A DNA stretch of 64,000 nucleotides. Origin: Dehalococcoidia bacterium (GTDB taxonomy: Bacteria; Chloroflexota; Dehalococcoidia; Plut-88900). Both the position numbers and the translations under genes were made by a program. Location: positions 1,536,001-1,600,000 of the forward strand of contig OZ240219.1 of NCBI GenBank assembly GCA_965197645.1, in the 5' to 3' direction. Below, one piece after another: positions 18,306 to 28,214 of this stretch (its first letter is position 1; the number at the start of each line of letters is the position of its first letter). Below the pieces are notes generated by a model. The model was not told the origin of the DNA. It was given only the letters and a program-made list of their open reading frames with translations, and did not search any database.

Positions 18306-19481
18306 ATGGCAGAGAAGATACACGTGGAAACGACAACCGTCGATGCGGACGGGCACATCATGGAGCCGCCGGACCTCTGGGAGAAGTACCTGGAGCCGGA
18401 GTACAAGGACCGGGCTATACGATTCAAGAAGGATGAGAACGGGCTGGAGTACCTGGAGGTGGCCGGTAAGAAGTCAGCGGCGATGCAGGGGGGAACGATA
18501 GGCACCCTGGGCGCCATCGGAGACCCGGACGTTGTGCAGCATTTCCTGACCGCCACCGAGGAGACCACCTTCGCCAACGCATCGCCCCCGGGAGGCTATG
18601 ACGGCAACGAGCGCCTCAAGGTGATGGACAAGGACGGGATAGACATGGCATTCATGTACCCGACCATAGGGATAGCCTGGGAGCAAGAGTGTCCCGACCC
18701 GGAGCTTGCTGCGGCCTACTGCAGGGCATACAACAACTGGCTGTTCGATTTCTGCAGCCCGGACCCCGACCGTCTGAAACCGGTTGCTCACATCTCTCTG
18801 CTGGACATGGACATGGCCATAACGGAGCTTGAGCGGGTCGCTGATAAGGGAGTTGGCGGAGTGTTCGTGTATGCCAGACCCCCATGGCTCTCCGAACGAC
18901 CCTTTGGACATAGGGACAACGATAGGTACTGGGAGGCCCTGCAGGACATGGACATAGCCGCAGGTATCCATCCCATCCTGGGCCCCAACTACGTCGGGGA
19001 CCATATGTACCAGGGAGAGGAAGTGAACCAGTTCAATTCCGTTTGGTGGAGCGACGTTCTGTTCAGTCTGGACGTCCAGATGGCGTTCACGAACTTCGTC
19101 TACGAGGGTGTGTTCGAGCGGTTCCCCCGACTGAAGACCCTGGTGTTGGAGACGGGCGCAGGCTGGATGCCCCACTGGCTGGACAGGATGGACCACCTGA
19201 CGGAGGTCTACAAGTACAGGTTTGCCGACAGGAGCTGCAGTCCCACCGAGTACTTCCAGCGACAGTGCTGGATTTCCATGGAGCCCGAAGACCACACGGC
19301 GACGTTCATAGCCGAGGAACTGGGAGCAGACAAGCTGTTCTGGGCCTCGGACTACCCTCACACCGATGCCTTCCCCGAGCCGGTCAAGGAGATAAGGGAG
19401 CACATCGGAGAGATGTCGGCGGCGGACCAGAAGAAGATTCTTGGTGAGAACGCCCTGAAGGTGTACAACGCCATGCCCTAA
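18306..19481 (+). CDS. Amidohydrolase (Amidohydro_2 family)
   Basis: DADGHIME, MYPTIG, GIHP, WASDYPH. Confidence 0.9.
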   Translation: MAEKIHVETTTVDADGHIMEPPDLWEKYLEPEYKDRAIRFKKDENGLEYLEVAGKKSAAMQGGTIGTLGAIGDPDVVQHFLTATEETTFANASPPGGYDGNERLKVMDKDGIDMAFMYPTIGIAWEQECPDPELAAAYCRAYNNWLFDFCSPDPDRLKPVAHISLLDMDMAITELERVADKGVGGVFVYARPPWLSERPFGHRDNDRYWEALQDMDIAAGIHPILGPNYVGDHMYQGEEVNQFNSVWWSDVLFSLDVQMAFTNFVYEGVFERFPRLKTLVLETGAGWMPHWLDRMDHLTEVYKYRFADRSCSPTEYFQRQCWISMEPEDHTATFIAEELGADKLFWASDYPHTDAFPEPVKEIREHIGEMSAADQKKILGENALKVYNAMP

Positions 19482-19587
19482 GGGCGGCGTTACGGCTGAA
19501 GCACGTACCCACCCCAGTAGCGCAGTCGGTAGGGAAGGGGACTGAGTGGGAAGAAACCAGGGTATTGACCCTACCGGGGAGGCCGCG

Positions 19588-19713
19588 TTGCAATTTAAGG
19601 TACTGCTGATCGTCGGTCTGATTGTGCTCGTGGTGGCAGCGGTCGCCTGCTCGTCGAGCGCATCTGCGGCGACCGGTCGTTCGGCATCCGTAAACCTATC
19701 ACTTACCGACTAA
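19588..19713 (+). CDS. Small putative lipoprotein (41 aa), possibly a truncated remnant
   Basis: GGGGAGG RBS plus TTG; MQFKVLLIVGLIVLVVAAVAC-SSSASAATGRSASVNLSLTD, a signal peptide with lipobox AVAC. Confidence 0.55.
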   Translation: MQFKVLLIVGLIVLVVAAVACSSSASAATGRSASVNLSLTD

Positions 19714-19788
19714 TGCCTAGGGCTTGAACCTGAGCTAAAGCCTATGTTCCGGGTGTCCGGTTCGTGCAGTTACTAGCAGGGAGGGTCT

Positions 19789-20184
19789 ATGAGCAATTTG
19801 CTTGTTGGTAGAGAGTTGAAAGTGGTCCACGGTACGGCTGAGCCCCACACCACGCCCCAAACTCCCGGCATGGTCCGAAAACCGGGGATCGATCGCAACA
19901 CCGCCGGCGCCAGTAAAATCTGGCTCGGCCACGTCACCTGTGAACCCAAGACCATGGGTCCTCCTCACACTCATGCCGACGCTGAAACCGCAGCATACGT
20001 CCTGAAGGGGCATATCCGGGTGTACTACGGCGATGAATACAAGGAGTACATAGAAGCAGGGCCTGGAGATTTTCTCTTTGTCCCGGCCCACTTCAACCAC
20101 ATCGAAGGCAACCCCTACGATGAGCCCGCTGAAGCGGTTTTGTCCCGAGGACCGGACAACATAGTCGTCAACCTGGATGAGTAG
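19789..20184 (+). CDS. Cupin domain protein
   Basis: PHTHADAETAAYVLKG and GDFLFVPAHFNH cupin motifs. Confidence 0.88.
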   Translation: MSNLLVGRELKVVHGTAEPHTTPQTPGMVRKPGIDRNTAGASKIWLGHVTCEPKTMGPPHTHADAETAAYVLKGHIRVYYGDEYKEYIEAGPGDFLFVPAHFNHIEGNPYDEPAEAVLSRGPDNIVVNLDE

Positions 20185-20317
20185 CGGAAATCGCCACGCG
20201 TTGGGCGGGTGTGTTTCGTCACATCATGCCGGCTATGTCCGGTTATGGGTTCGCTCGGCATCACCATCTCCCGTTGACAGGCTAGCTCGTCCGGTCTAGC
20301 GGGTTGGGCCGTTGTGC

Positions 20318-21070
20318 CTATGCCAAGGCCCCGCCGTCCACCAGCACCCCCTGGCCCGTTATGAATGACGACGACTCGGAGCAGAGCCAGATCACTGTCT
20401 GGGCCACGTCCTCCGGCCTGCCCAGCCTTCGCAGAGGATGAGCCTGGATCTGATTCTCCTCATTGCCTGCCAGGGCCCTATCGTACATGGGCGTTAGGGT
20501 CGTGCTGGGGCAAACGGCGTTGACCCGTATCCCCTTGGGGCCGTACTCGATGGCCGTCGACTTGGTCAGGCCCAGTACCCCGTGTTTGCTGGCCGTGTAT
20601 ATGGTCCAGTCTTCGCCACCTATGTGCCCGGAAGTGGACGAGGTGTTGACTATCGCTCCGCCGCCGCCTCGCTCCATCATGTGAATGACCTCGTGCTTTA
20701 TGCACAGCCATACACCCTTCAGGTTGATGTCTATCACCCTGTCCCACATCTCCTCGGTGTACTCGTGGGCCGGTATCAGTTCCCCTTCGATGCCGGCGTT
20801 GTTGAACGCGAAGTCAAGCTGGCCGTAGGTCTCAACCGCCTTATCGACCATCGTCCGCACCTGGGCCTCGCTGGTAACGTCCGTCTCAACGAAGATAGCT
20901 TCGCCTCCTCCGTCCTCGATCATCCGGGCCGTCTCGCGGCCGCCGTCTACCAGGATGTCGGCAACCACGACTTTTGCTCCCTCCGCGGCGTAGGCCAGGC
21001 AAGCTGCCCTCCCGATACCGCCGCTGCCTCCGGTTACCAGGGCTACCTTTCCATCGAACTGTGCCGCCAT
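20318..21070 (-). CDS. SDR-family oxidoreductase
   Basis: TGGSGGIG, NNAG, YTASKHG, IRVNAVCP; start ATG 21070 after GAGGAGG. Confidence 0.92.
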   Translation of the reverse strand: MAAQFDGKVALVTGGSGGIGRAACLAYAAEGAKVVVADILVDGGRETARMIEDGGGEAIFVETDVTSEAQVRTMVDKAVETYGQLDFAFNNAGIEGELIPAHEYTEEMWDRVIDINLKGVWLCIKHEVIHMMERGGGGAIVNTSSTSGHIGGEDWTIYTASKHGVLGLTKSTAIEYGPKGIRVNAVCPSTTLTPMYDRALAGNEENQIQAHPLRRLGRPEDVAQTVIWLCSESSSFITGQGVLVDGGALA

Positions 21071-21105
21071 GTTTTCACCTCCTCGTAGATTACCCTCTGC
21101 GATAG

Positions 21106-21282
21106 CTAGACGGATGCAGAATAAACCCTTCCGACCATCCCCCTTCCTTGCCAGGAAGGGTAGGACCGAAAAGAGATGGTTTCTGAGGGGCACCCCTTTG
21201 CGGGCTCAGGGCAGGCTCTCAGACTCCCGGCCCCTATCAGCCAGTCCCGGAAAAAGAGCTTCGCCCCTCTGCACACCCCATG
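21106..21282 (+). repeat. Dispersed MITE/REP-like repeat, copy B (left end plus both inserts)
   Basis: CTAG...CGACCATCCCCCTTCC..GCCAGGAAGGG...TCTGAGGGGCACCC[insert 1]CTCAGACTCCCGG[insert 2]...GCTTCGCCCCTCTGCACACCCCATG. Confidence 0.85.
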
Positions 21283-21592
21283 ACGAGAACAAGACTTATC
21301 AGACCTCGCTTGGCTACCAGATTAGGGCTCGGGGCATGAGAACGCAAGCCATCCTGCTGGCCTGGACCACGAATGAGGGCAACAGTTTTCCCCATCACGT
21401 ATCCTGACCTCTTCCTGAGCGGCCGGCAGAATCGAGCATCACTGGTCAAGCCCCGAAGAGAGATGTATCCTTAGGCTTCTCCAAGGCATCACAGTTCGCT
21501 GGACGCAGCATCTATGGGGAGGCGTCCGTTCGGAGTTTAAGGAAGTCAGAAATCCGAGTCTAGGTGGCTAAAGTAGCCGGAAGGGGAGTGCT

Positions 21593-23335
21593 ATGGACTA
21601 CGACCTGCTCATAAAAGGCGGCACCATAGTCGATGGGACGAGAATCCCAGCATACAGAGGGGACGTGGGCATCCGCGGCGGCAGGATCGTCGCCATGGGA
21701 AGAGTCAGGGGAACGGCTGGGCGGGAGATAGACGCGGAGGGACTCATAGTCGCTCCGGGATTCATGGACCTCCACACCCACTACGATGCGGCGCTGGCCG
21801 GCTGGGACCCTTACGCTTCATTATCGGGGTGGCACGGGGTGACGACCGTGGCCATCGGCAACTGCGGCTTCGGTTTCGCCCCGGTTCGACCCGAGGACCG
21901 GGACCGCGCTATGCTCAGGATGGAGCGCACCGAGTCCATTCCGTTGTCCGTCATGCAAGCGGGGATGCGCTGGGACTGGGAAACCTTTCCCGAGTACCTG
22001 GACAGCCTGGAGGGTCATGGGATAGGGGTCAACGCCGCTTCGCTGATTCCCTACTCACCCCTGCGCGCCTATGTCATCGGCAATGAGGCGTCCCGGGACC
22101 CGGACTACGTGGTCAAACCGGAAGAGATGGAGCAGATGAAGAACCTGTTGAGAGAGGGCCTGGAGGCGGGAGGTTTCGGTTTCTCCGCCACCTTTAGTAT
22201 GGGCAACCGTGACTATGACGGCGGCTATCTGCCCACCCACGTCGTGCCCAGGGAAGAGTGGCTGGAGATGGCGGAGGTGTTGGGAAACTACAACCGCGGC
22301 TTCATCGAGTGGACGATGGGAGAGTCGTTGCGAGGCTTGGGCAAGGACTTCCTACTGGAGATGGCCCGGGTCAGCGGGAGACCCGTGAACTGGAACGCCA
22401 TTCAGTATGACCCCGGCGACCCCGACTACTATCGCAAGGACCTGGAATGGACCGAGAAGGCTTACCGAGAGGCCGTGGTGCTGCCCCTTTGCAGCTGTAT
22501 ACCCAACGACTTCGAGTTCACGATGGATACCATGGGACTCTTCGATCAGCTGCCCGCCTGGAACGAAGCCACCATCGGTACCGTCGAGGAGCGCAAAGCA
22601 AAGCTGGCTGATCCAGCCCGCCGCGCCGCATTGAGGGCCGATTCCGAGAATACCCAAAGGGTTGTGAGGGACGTAACCGATGGTGAAGCGGGCCAGATAT
22701 CTCAGTTCGACTGGGACTCCTTCTTCGTCGCCGAGACGGCCCTGGAGAAGAACCGGGAGCTGGTGGGACGGACCATAGCGGACATCGCCCGGGAGCTGAA
22801 CAAGCATCCCGCGGACGCCCTGCTGGACCTGTCCGTGGAAGAGGACCTGAAGACGGAGTTCAACGTGATCGATACCGCCGGTTCCGGCAGTGATGAGCAG
22901 GCCCTTGCGGAGATGCTGAGGCATCCGTTGACCTTATTGGGAATCTCCGACGGAGGAGCTCACACTAAGTTCATAGCCACCGGGGGAGGGTACAACACCT
23001 ACTTCCTGTCCCATTGGATCCGGGAAAAGCAGCTCATGTCCCTTGAAGAGGCCCACTGGCGGATGTCCACCATGTTGGGATGGGCGATGGGGATACGTGA
23101 CCGGGGCTGGCTCAGAGAGGGTACGCCGGCGGACATCGTCGTCTATGATCTGGACAAGCTCCAGCCAACGCCGATAGAGACCGTTCATGACCTGCCCGGC
23201 GGTGACTGGCGACGGGTGCAGAAGGCCGAGGGTTACCACTACACCATCGTGAACGGGGCCATCACTTTTGAGGGGCAAGAGTGTACAGGCGCCCTGCCCG
23301 GTAACGTGCTCCGCAGCTATGACATGGCCGTTTAA
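21593..23335 (+). CDS. N-acyl-D-amino-acid deacylase family amidohydrolase
   Basis: PGFMDLHTHYD, HGVTTVAIGNCGFGFAP, SDGGAH. Confidence 0.9.
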   Translation: MDYDLLIKGGTIVDGTRIPAYRGDVGIRGGRIVAMGRVRGTAGREIDAEGLIVAPGFMDLHTHYDAALAGWDPYASLSGWHGVTTVAIGNCGFGFAPVRPEDRDRAMLRMERTESIPLSVMQAGMRWDWETFPEYLDSLEGHGIGVNAASLIPYSPLRAYVIGNEASRDPDYVVKPEEMEQMKNLLREGLEAGGFGFSATFSMGNRDYDGGYLPTHVVPREEWLEMAEVLGNYNRGFIEWTMGESLRGLGKDFLLEMARVSGRPVNWNAIQYDPGDPDYYRKDLEWTEKAYREAVVLPLCSCIPNDFEFTMDTMGLFDQLPAWNEATIGTVEERKAKLADPARRAALRADSENTQRVVRDVTDGEAGQISQFDWDSFFVAETALEKNRELVGRTIADIARELNKHPADALLDLSVEEDLKTEFNVIDTAGSGSDEQALAEMLRHPLTLLGISDGGAHTKFIATGGGYNTYFLSHWIREKQLMSLEEAHWRMSTMLGWAMGIRDRGWLREGTPADIVVYDLDKLQPTPIETVHDLPGGDWRRVQKAEGYHYTIVNGAITFEGQECTGALPGNVLRSYDMAV

Positions 23336-23543
23336 TGCAGGAGCCTTTCCGAACGCTCGAAGCCTAGTGTTGACTGATGGCGACTGGACGAGCCGGGAAG
23401 CACCCGGCGGTATGTCCTCTTGGAATACCGCAGCCGGGAGCTCGGTTAGGATAATATTCACCAGCGAGCCCCCATGCCCCTCGTCGCCAGTATGGGAGTG
23501 CAGGCCTGTTCGAGTTGACCATCTTTAGCAAAGGAGTGGGGAT

Positions 23544-24509
23544 ATGACCGTTGCTGACGGTTCGCGATCATTGAAGGTGGGGATCATGCTGCCCCAGACC
23601 GAAGGCCTCCGCGGGCCGGGGGTCAGAAGCTGGAAAGAGATCAACGAAATGGCCGTCGTTGCCGAACAGGTGGGGTTCGACTCCGTGTGGCTGGTCGATC
23701 ACCTACTCTACAAGCTGGACGGTGAAGACAAGGCGCGGGGGGTTTGGGAGGTATGGTCGCTGCTTTCAGCCATCGCTGCAACCACGTCCCGGGTCGAGCT
23801 GGGTACGCTGGTGCTGGCGATGGGTTGGCGCAACCCGGCGCTGCTCGCCAAAATGGCCGATACGGTCGAGGAGATCAGTGGTGGACGGCTGATTCTAGGA
23901 CTCGGCTCCGGCTACCATAGGTTTGAGTATGACGCCTTCGGGTTTCCCTACAGCTACAAGGTGAGCCGCTTCGAGGAGGCCATTCAAATAGTGCACAGCC
24001 TGCTTCGGGACGGCCAGGTCGACTTCGAGGGTAAGTACTACAGCGCCCGAGAATGCGAGCTGCTTCCCCGGGGACCCAGGGACGGCGGCCCTCCGATCCT
24101 CATCGGGTCGACCAGCCCCCGCATGATGGCGGCCATGGCGAAGTATGCCGACTGCTGGAACGCCTACTATGACGATACCCACAACCAAGTCGACGGCATC
24201 AGGCGACTGCGGCCCATTATCGATGCCGCCTGCAGAGAACAGGGGCGAGACCCGGCAACCCTCGAGCGTACCGTGACGGTCTTGATGGCCGATTCCACCG
24301 CCGATCCCTGGTGGGACCGCCTGCCCAGCGAGCAGACGGAGGGGCAAGCCCCCCTGGTGCCGCTTACCGGTCCCGCCGAGTCGATAGCGGAGGTGCTGCG
24401 CCAGTACGAGCAGGAGGGCATCGCTCACGTTCAGATCTGTCTCGACCCGACCACCAGCGACAACATCGAGAAGCTGGCCCCGATATTGGAGGCGCTGGAC
24501 GCGGGTTGA
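23544..24509 (+). CDS. LLM-class flavin-dependent oxidoreductase
   Basis: AEQVGFDSVWLVDH, ISGGRLILGLGSG, PPILIG. Confidence 0.9.
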   Translation: MTVADGSRSLKVGIMLPQTEGLRGPGVRSWKEINEMAVVAEQVGFDSVWLVDHLLYKLDGEDKARGVWEVWSLLSAIAATTSRVELGTLVLAMGWRNPALLAKMADTVEEISGGRLILGLGSGYHRFEYDAFGFPYSYKVSRFEEAIQIVHSLLRDGQVDFEGKYYSARECELLPRGPRDGGPPILIGSTSPRMMAAMAKYADCWNAYYDDTHNQVDGIRRLRPIIDAACREQGRDPATLERTVTVLMADSTADPWWDRLPSEQTEGQAPLVPLTGPAESIAEVLRQYEQEGIAHVQICLDPTTSDNIEKLAPILEALDAG

Positions 24510-24606
24510 ACCCACAGAAGCACTGCTACATAAGGTGGACTTTCGGGTAACGTAGCGGCGGACCTATGGGATTGCGTCGACGTCAATAGGAGGGCGGTAA
24601 GCGATC

Positions 24607-25692
24607 ATGAAAGCGGCCATCATTCACGAGCAAAAGACCCCAATCAAGGTGGAGGAGCTGGACCTGGATGGCCCCAAACCGGGTGAAGTGCGCGTCAAGC
24701 TGGCCGGCGCCGGCGCCTGTCACAGCGACTATCATCGGGTTGATGGACACTCCATCATCGACACCCTCCCCTACGTCCTAGGTCATGAGGGCGCCGGAGT
24801 GGTCAAGGAGGTGGGAGAGGGTGTGACCAGCGTCTCGCCCGGTGATCACGTGATATTCTCTCTGACCGCCCAGTGCGGACGGTGCCGCAACTGTACAGCC
24901 GGCAGGAGCAACCTGTGCGAGTGGCACGTTATGGGCTCGGGCAAAGCGGTTGACGGCACTCACCGCTTCAGCAAGGACGGCATCCCCTATTACGCCGACC
25001 TCGCCACCTTCTCCGAGGAGACGGTTGTCGCCGAGTCCTACCTGGTCAAGGTAAGGGAGGACATCCCCATCGATGTGGCCTGCCTCATCGGATGCGGGGT
25101 TATGACCGGGGTAGGGGCCGTGGTGAACCGGGCAAAGGTGGAGACCGGCAGCACGGTGGTCGTGATCGGTTGCGGTGGCGTCGGCCTGAACGTGGTGCAG
25201 GGAGCGACCCTGGCCAGCGCATCGAAGATCATCGCCGTGGACAAGGTGCCCTTCAAGCTGGAGATGGCCGAGAGCCTGGGGGCCACCCACTCCATCAACG
25301 CAGACCGGGAAGACCCGGTCTCCCGGGTAATGGATATCACCAAGGGAGGCGCCGACTACGCCTTCGAGGTGATAGGATTTCCCCAGACGACCCGTCAGGC
25401 ATTCGAGTGCGTCCGACCGGGCGGGACAGCCGTTATGGTCGGCGTGCCGCCAACCAACTCCGAGGTCACCATATCGGCAATGGACCTGTTCTCCGACAGG
25501 ACGCTGATGGGGACCTTCTACGGCGCTGGGAACCCCAGGGTCGACTTCCCCTGGCTGATCGATCTGTACATGGACGGCAGGCTGAAGCTGGATGAGCTGG
25601 TAACCAGGTTCCGGCCCCTTGAAGAAGTGAACCAGGCCTTCGATGACATGAGAGCGGGCGTAACGGCCCGGACGGTGTTCACCTTCGACTAG
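24607..25692 (+). CDS. Zn-dependent alcohol dehydrogenase (class III-like)
   Basis: CHSD, LGHEGAG, CGRCRNC..C, GCGVMTG, GCGGVG. Confidence 0.92.
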   Translation: MKAAIIHEQKTPIKVEELDLDGPKPGEVRVKLAGAGACHSDYHRVDGHSIIDTLPYVLGHEGAGVVKEVGEGVTSVSPGDHVIFSLTAQCGRCRNCTAGRSNLCEWHVMGSGKAVDGTHRFSKDGIPYYADLATFSEETVVAESYLVKVREDIPIDVACLIGCGVMTGVGAVVNRAKVETGSTVVVIGCGGVGLNVVQGATLASASKIIAVDKVPFKLEMAESLGATHSINADREDPVSRVMDITKGGADYAFEVIGFPQTTRQAFECVRPGGTAVMVGVPPTNSEVTISAMDLFSDRTLMGTFYGAGNPRVDFPWLIDLYMDGRLKLDELVTRFRPLEEVNQAFDDMRAGVTARTVFTFD

Positions 25693-25814
25693 CCAATCAA
25701 TGTCTACTTCTTGATTGGACATGCTGGTTTTGGGATATAATAGCGCTCGAAGAAATGACCTGGTTCCCACACCGGCAACCAGAGATGCTAATCACCGAGT
25801 AGAGGGAGCAGTCC

Positions 25815-26942
25815 ATGGCTGATTACAGGGTTGTATCGTCGGACAACCACATCGTCGAGCCTCCCGACCTGTGGCTTACCAGAATCGATCCCGATTACAG
25901 GGAACGTGGCCCCCAAATGCATGAAACAGAACGAGGCCCCTTCTGGTTCATCGATGGGGAGATGGCATTCAACATCACCGACATGGCCGCCCAGGCCGGT
26001 AAACGGTTTGAGTCCCGCGAAGAGCTTACAACGGTGGCGGAGTGGGAGAATGCCCGGCCAGGCGCTTACATCCCCGAAGAAGCCGTCAAAGATATGGACA
26101 TCGATGGGGTCGACGTTGGGGTCGTGTACCCCAGCCTGGCCATATTCCTCTACCCCCTGGTGGAGGACAGCGCCCTTCTGAGCGCCATTCTGACGACCTA
26201 CAACGACTTCGCCGCCGAGTTCTGCCAGGCCATTCCCCGGCGATTGAAGGGGATAGCCACCGTGAACCTGGACAGCGTATCGGAAGGGGTGGCAGAGTTG
26301 GAACGGTGCGCCAAGATGGGGTTTGTAGGAGCCGCCATCCCCGAGTACATGTCGATCAGGCCCTACTTCTCGCCTGAAAACGAGCAGCTGTGGGCCACTG
26401 CTCAGAACCTGGATATAGCCCTAGACCTGCACATCTCCACTGTTCGGGTCCAGAAAGGCCGGGGCTGGGACCGGGAGCTGGACAACTTCGGTTTCGCCAA
26501 CGTGATGCTGGACAACTGCGATTACTGGGTCCGGGTCTCCCTTACCGAGATGATCCTGAGCGGTGTGTTCGAGCGATATCCCAAGCTCAAGGTAGGCGTC
26601 GCAGAGCACGAGCTCCACTGGGTGCCTTACTGGCTGGAGCGGATGGACTACACCTACAACGAACGGGGCGGTGGACAAGAGGGTTTCAGGTTGAAGAACA
26701 ATATGGTCCCCAGCGATGTGTTCCACAGCAACTGCTTCGTCGATTTCCAGGAGGACGCAGAGGGCATCGCTCACCGTGACATCATTGGCGTCGACAACAT
26801 CATGTGGGGATCCGACTACCCGCACACCGAGGGCACCTTCCCCAAGTCCAGGGAGTTCATCGAGACCATCCTGGCCGACTGCACTGAGGAGGAGAGGGAC
26901 AAGATAGTGGCCGGCAACGCCGCCAGGATATACGGAGTCTAG
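25815..26942 (+). CDS. Amidohydrolase (Amidohydro_2 family)
   Basis: SSDNHIVE, VYPS, LH, WGSDYPHTEGT. Confidence 0.9.
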   Translation: MADYRVVSSDNHIVEPPDLWLTRIDPDYRERGPQMHETERGPFWFIDGEMAFNITDMAAQAGKRFESREELTTVAEWENARPGAYIPEEAVKDMDIDGVDVGVVYPSLAIFLYPLVEDSALLSAILTTYNDFAAEFCQAIPRRLKGIATVNLDSVSEGVAELERCAKMGFVGAAIPEYMSIRPYFSPENEQLWATAQNLDIALDLHISTVRVQKGRGWDRELDNFGFANVMLDNCDYWVRVSLTEMILSGVFERYPKLKVGVAEHELHWVPYWLERMDYTYNERGGGQEGFRLKNNMVPSDVFHSNCFVDFQEDAEGIAHRDIIGVDNIMWGSDYPHTEGTFPKSREFIETILADCTEEERDKIVAGNAARIYGV

Positions 26943-27007
26943 GCTTCTGCGGGCTATTGTAGAGCCAAGTATTTCGATACTAGAGGCCCAGTGAAGGAGG
27001 GAACAAA

Positions 27008-28156
27008 GTGAATGGATCTCGTTCTTACATAGACGTGGATGGACACATTCTCGAACCCCCTGAGATGTGGCAGGAATACATCGAGCCTGAGTACCGGGAC
27101 AACGCGATAAAGATTGACCTGGACGAAGATGGGCTCGAGTTTCTGAATGTCGATGGCAAGTCCTCCTGGTTCATGCGGGGAGGCACCTTGGGCGCCATCG
27201 CCGGCATCGGTCAGGACGTCCACGAGCACCTGACACCGGGCGCTTTGACCTACCAGGACTCCTTGCTCCTGGGCGGGTACGATCCTGACGAGAGGATCAA
27301 GGTGATGGATGCCGAGGGCATCGACGTATCTATAATGTACCCATCGCTGGGGCTTAGCTGGGAAGACGTATGCTCCGACGCCAAAGTTGCTGCAGCCAAT
27401 TGCCGTGCCTACAACAACTGGCTGCTTGATTTCTGCAAACCCCACCCCAACCGGTTGGTCGCTGCGGCCCACATCCCCACATTGGACATTAACGAAGGCG
27501 TCAAAGAGCTGAGGAGAACTGCCGCACTCGGGGCCAAGGCTGCGATGCTGTCGTCCCTCCCTCCCAACAATCTTCCTTACGGGAGCGACTACTTCGATCC
27601 TCTCTGGGCCGAGGCCCAGGAGCTGGGGATGCCCATGACCATCCATCCAACGACCGGGTACGAGTCCATTATCAACAAGTTCTATCCCCGCACCGAGGAC
27701 GTATCCACCTGGTGGGTGTTCGTGACGGCGTCCGACGAGGTGAAGTTCCAGTTCACGTCGCTGTTCAACAACGGCACCTTCGAAAAGTACCCGGAGCTCA
27801 AGGTGGTGGTGCTGGAGTCGGGAATCGGTTGGCTGGTCTACTGGATGGACCGGATGGACGACAAATTCGAGGTCAACGGATTTACTACTCCGATGAAGAT
27901 GGAGCCCAGCAAGTACTTCCAGCGCCAGGGGTGGATCGCCATGGACCCCGATGAGCGGCTGGCCAAATTCAGCATAGACGTCCTGGGGGCCGAAAAGTTC
28001 CTGTGGGCCTACGACTACCCCCACTCCGACTCCATCTTGGACCCCGTGCGGAAGCTGAACGAGAACCTGGCCCCGTTACCAGAGGAGGCCCAGCGGAAGG
28101 TGGCCAGCGAAAACGCCACCGGGCTCTATCAGCTGCCCGTCCCAACTGCGGTCTAG
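27008..28156 (+). CDS. Amidohydrolase (Amidohydro_2 family)
   Basis: DVDGHILE, MYPSLG, TIHP, WAYDYPH; AAGGAGG RBS plus GTG. Confidence 0.9.
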   Translation: MNGSRSYIDVDGHILEPPEMWQEYIEPEYRDNAIKIDLDEDGLEFLNVDGKSSWFMRGGTLGAIAGIGQDVHEHLTPGALTYQDSLLLGGYDPDERIKVMDAEGIDVSIMYPSLGLSWEDVCSDAKVAAANCRAYNNWLLDFCKPHPNRLVAAAHIPTLDINEGVKELRRTAALGAKAAMLSSLPPNNLPYGSDYFDPLWAEAQELGMPMTIHPTTGYESIINKFYPRTEDVSTWWVFVTASDEVKFQFTSLFNNGTFEKYPELKVVVLESGIGWLVYWMDRMDDKFEVNGFTTPMKMEPSKYFQRQGWIAMDPDERLAKFSIDVLGAEKFLWAYDYPHSDSILDPVRKLNENLAPLPEEAQRKVASENATGLYQLPVPTAV

Positions 28157-28214
28157 CTGGTGAAGTCGTAAAGCCAGCCGGTGTTCCGCGGGAGAGGAAC
28201 GTTCCCAGGTCGGG

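Noticed and set aside
21069-21449. ORFs containing MGCAEGRS / LARKG (also 14392..14628, 55856..56074, 31694..31996)
   Set aside because: The recurring peptides are translations of the dispersed repeat, with no RBS or consistent frame.
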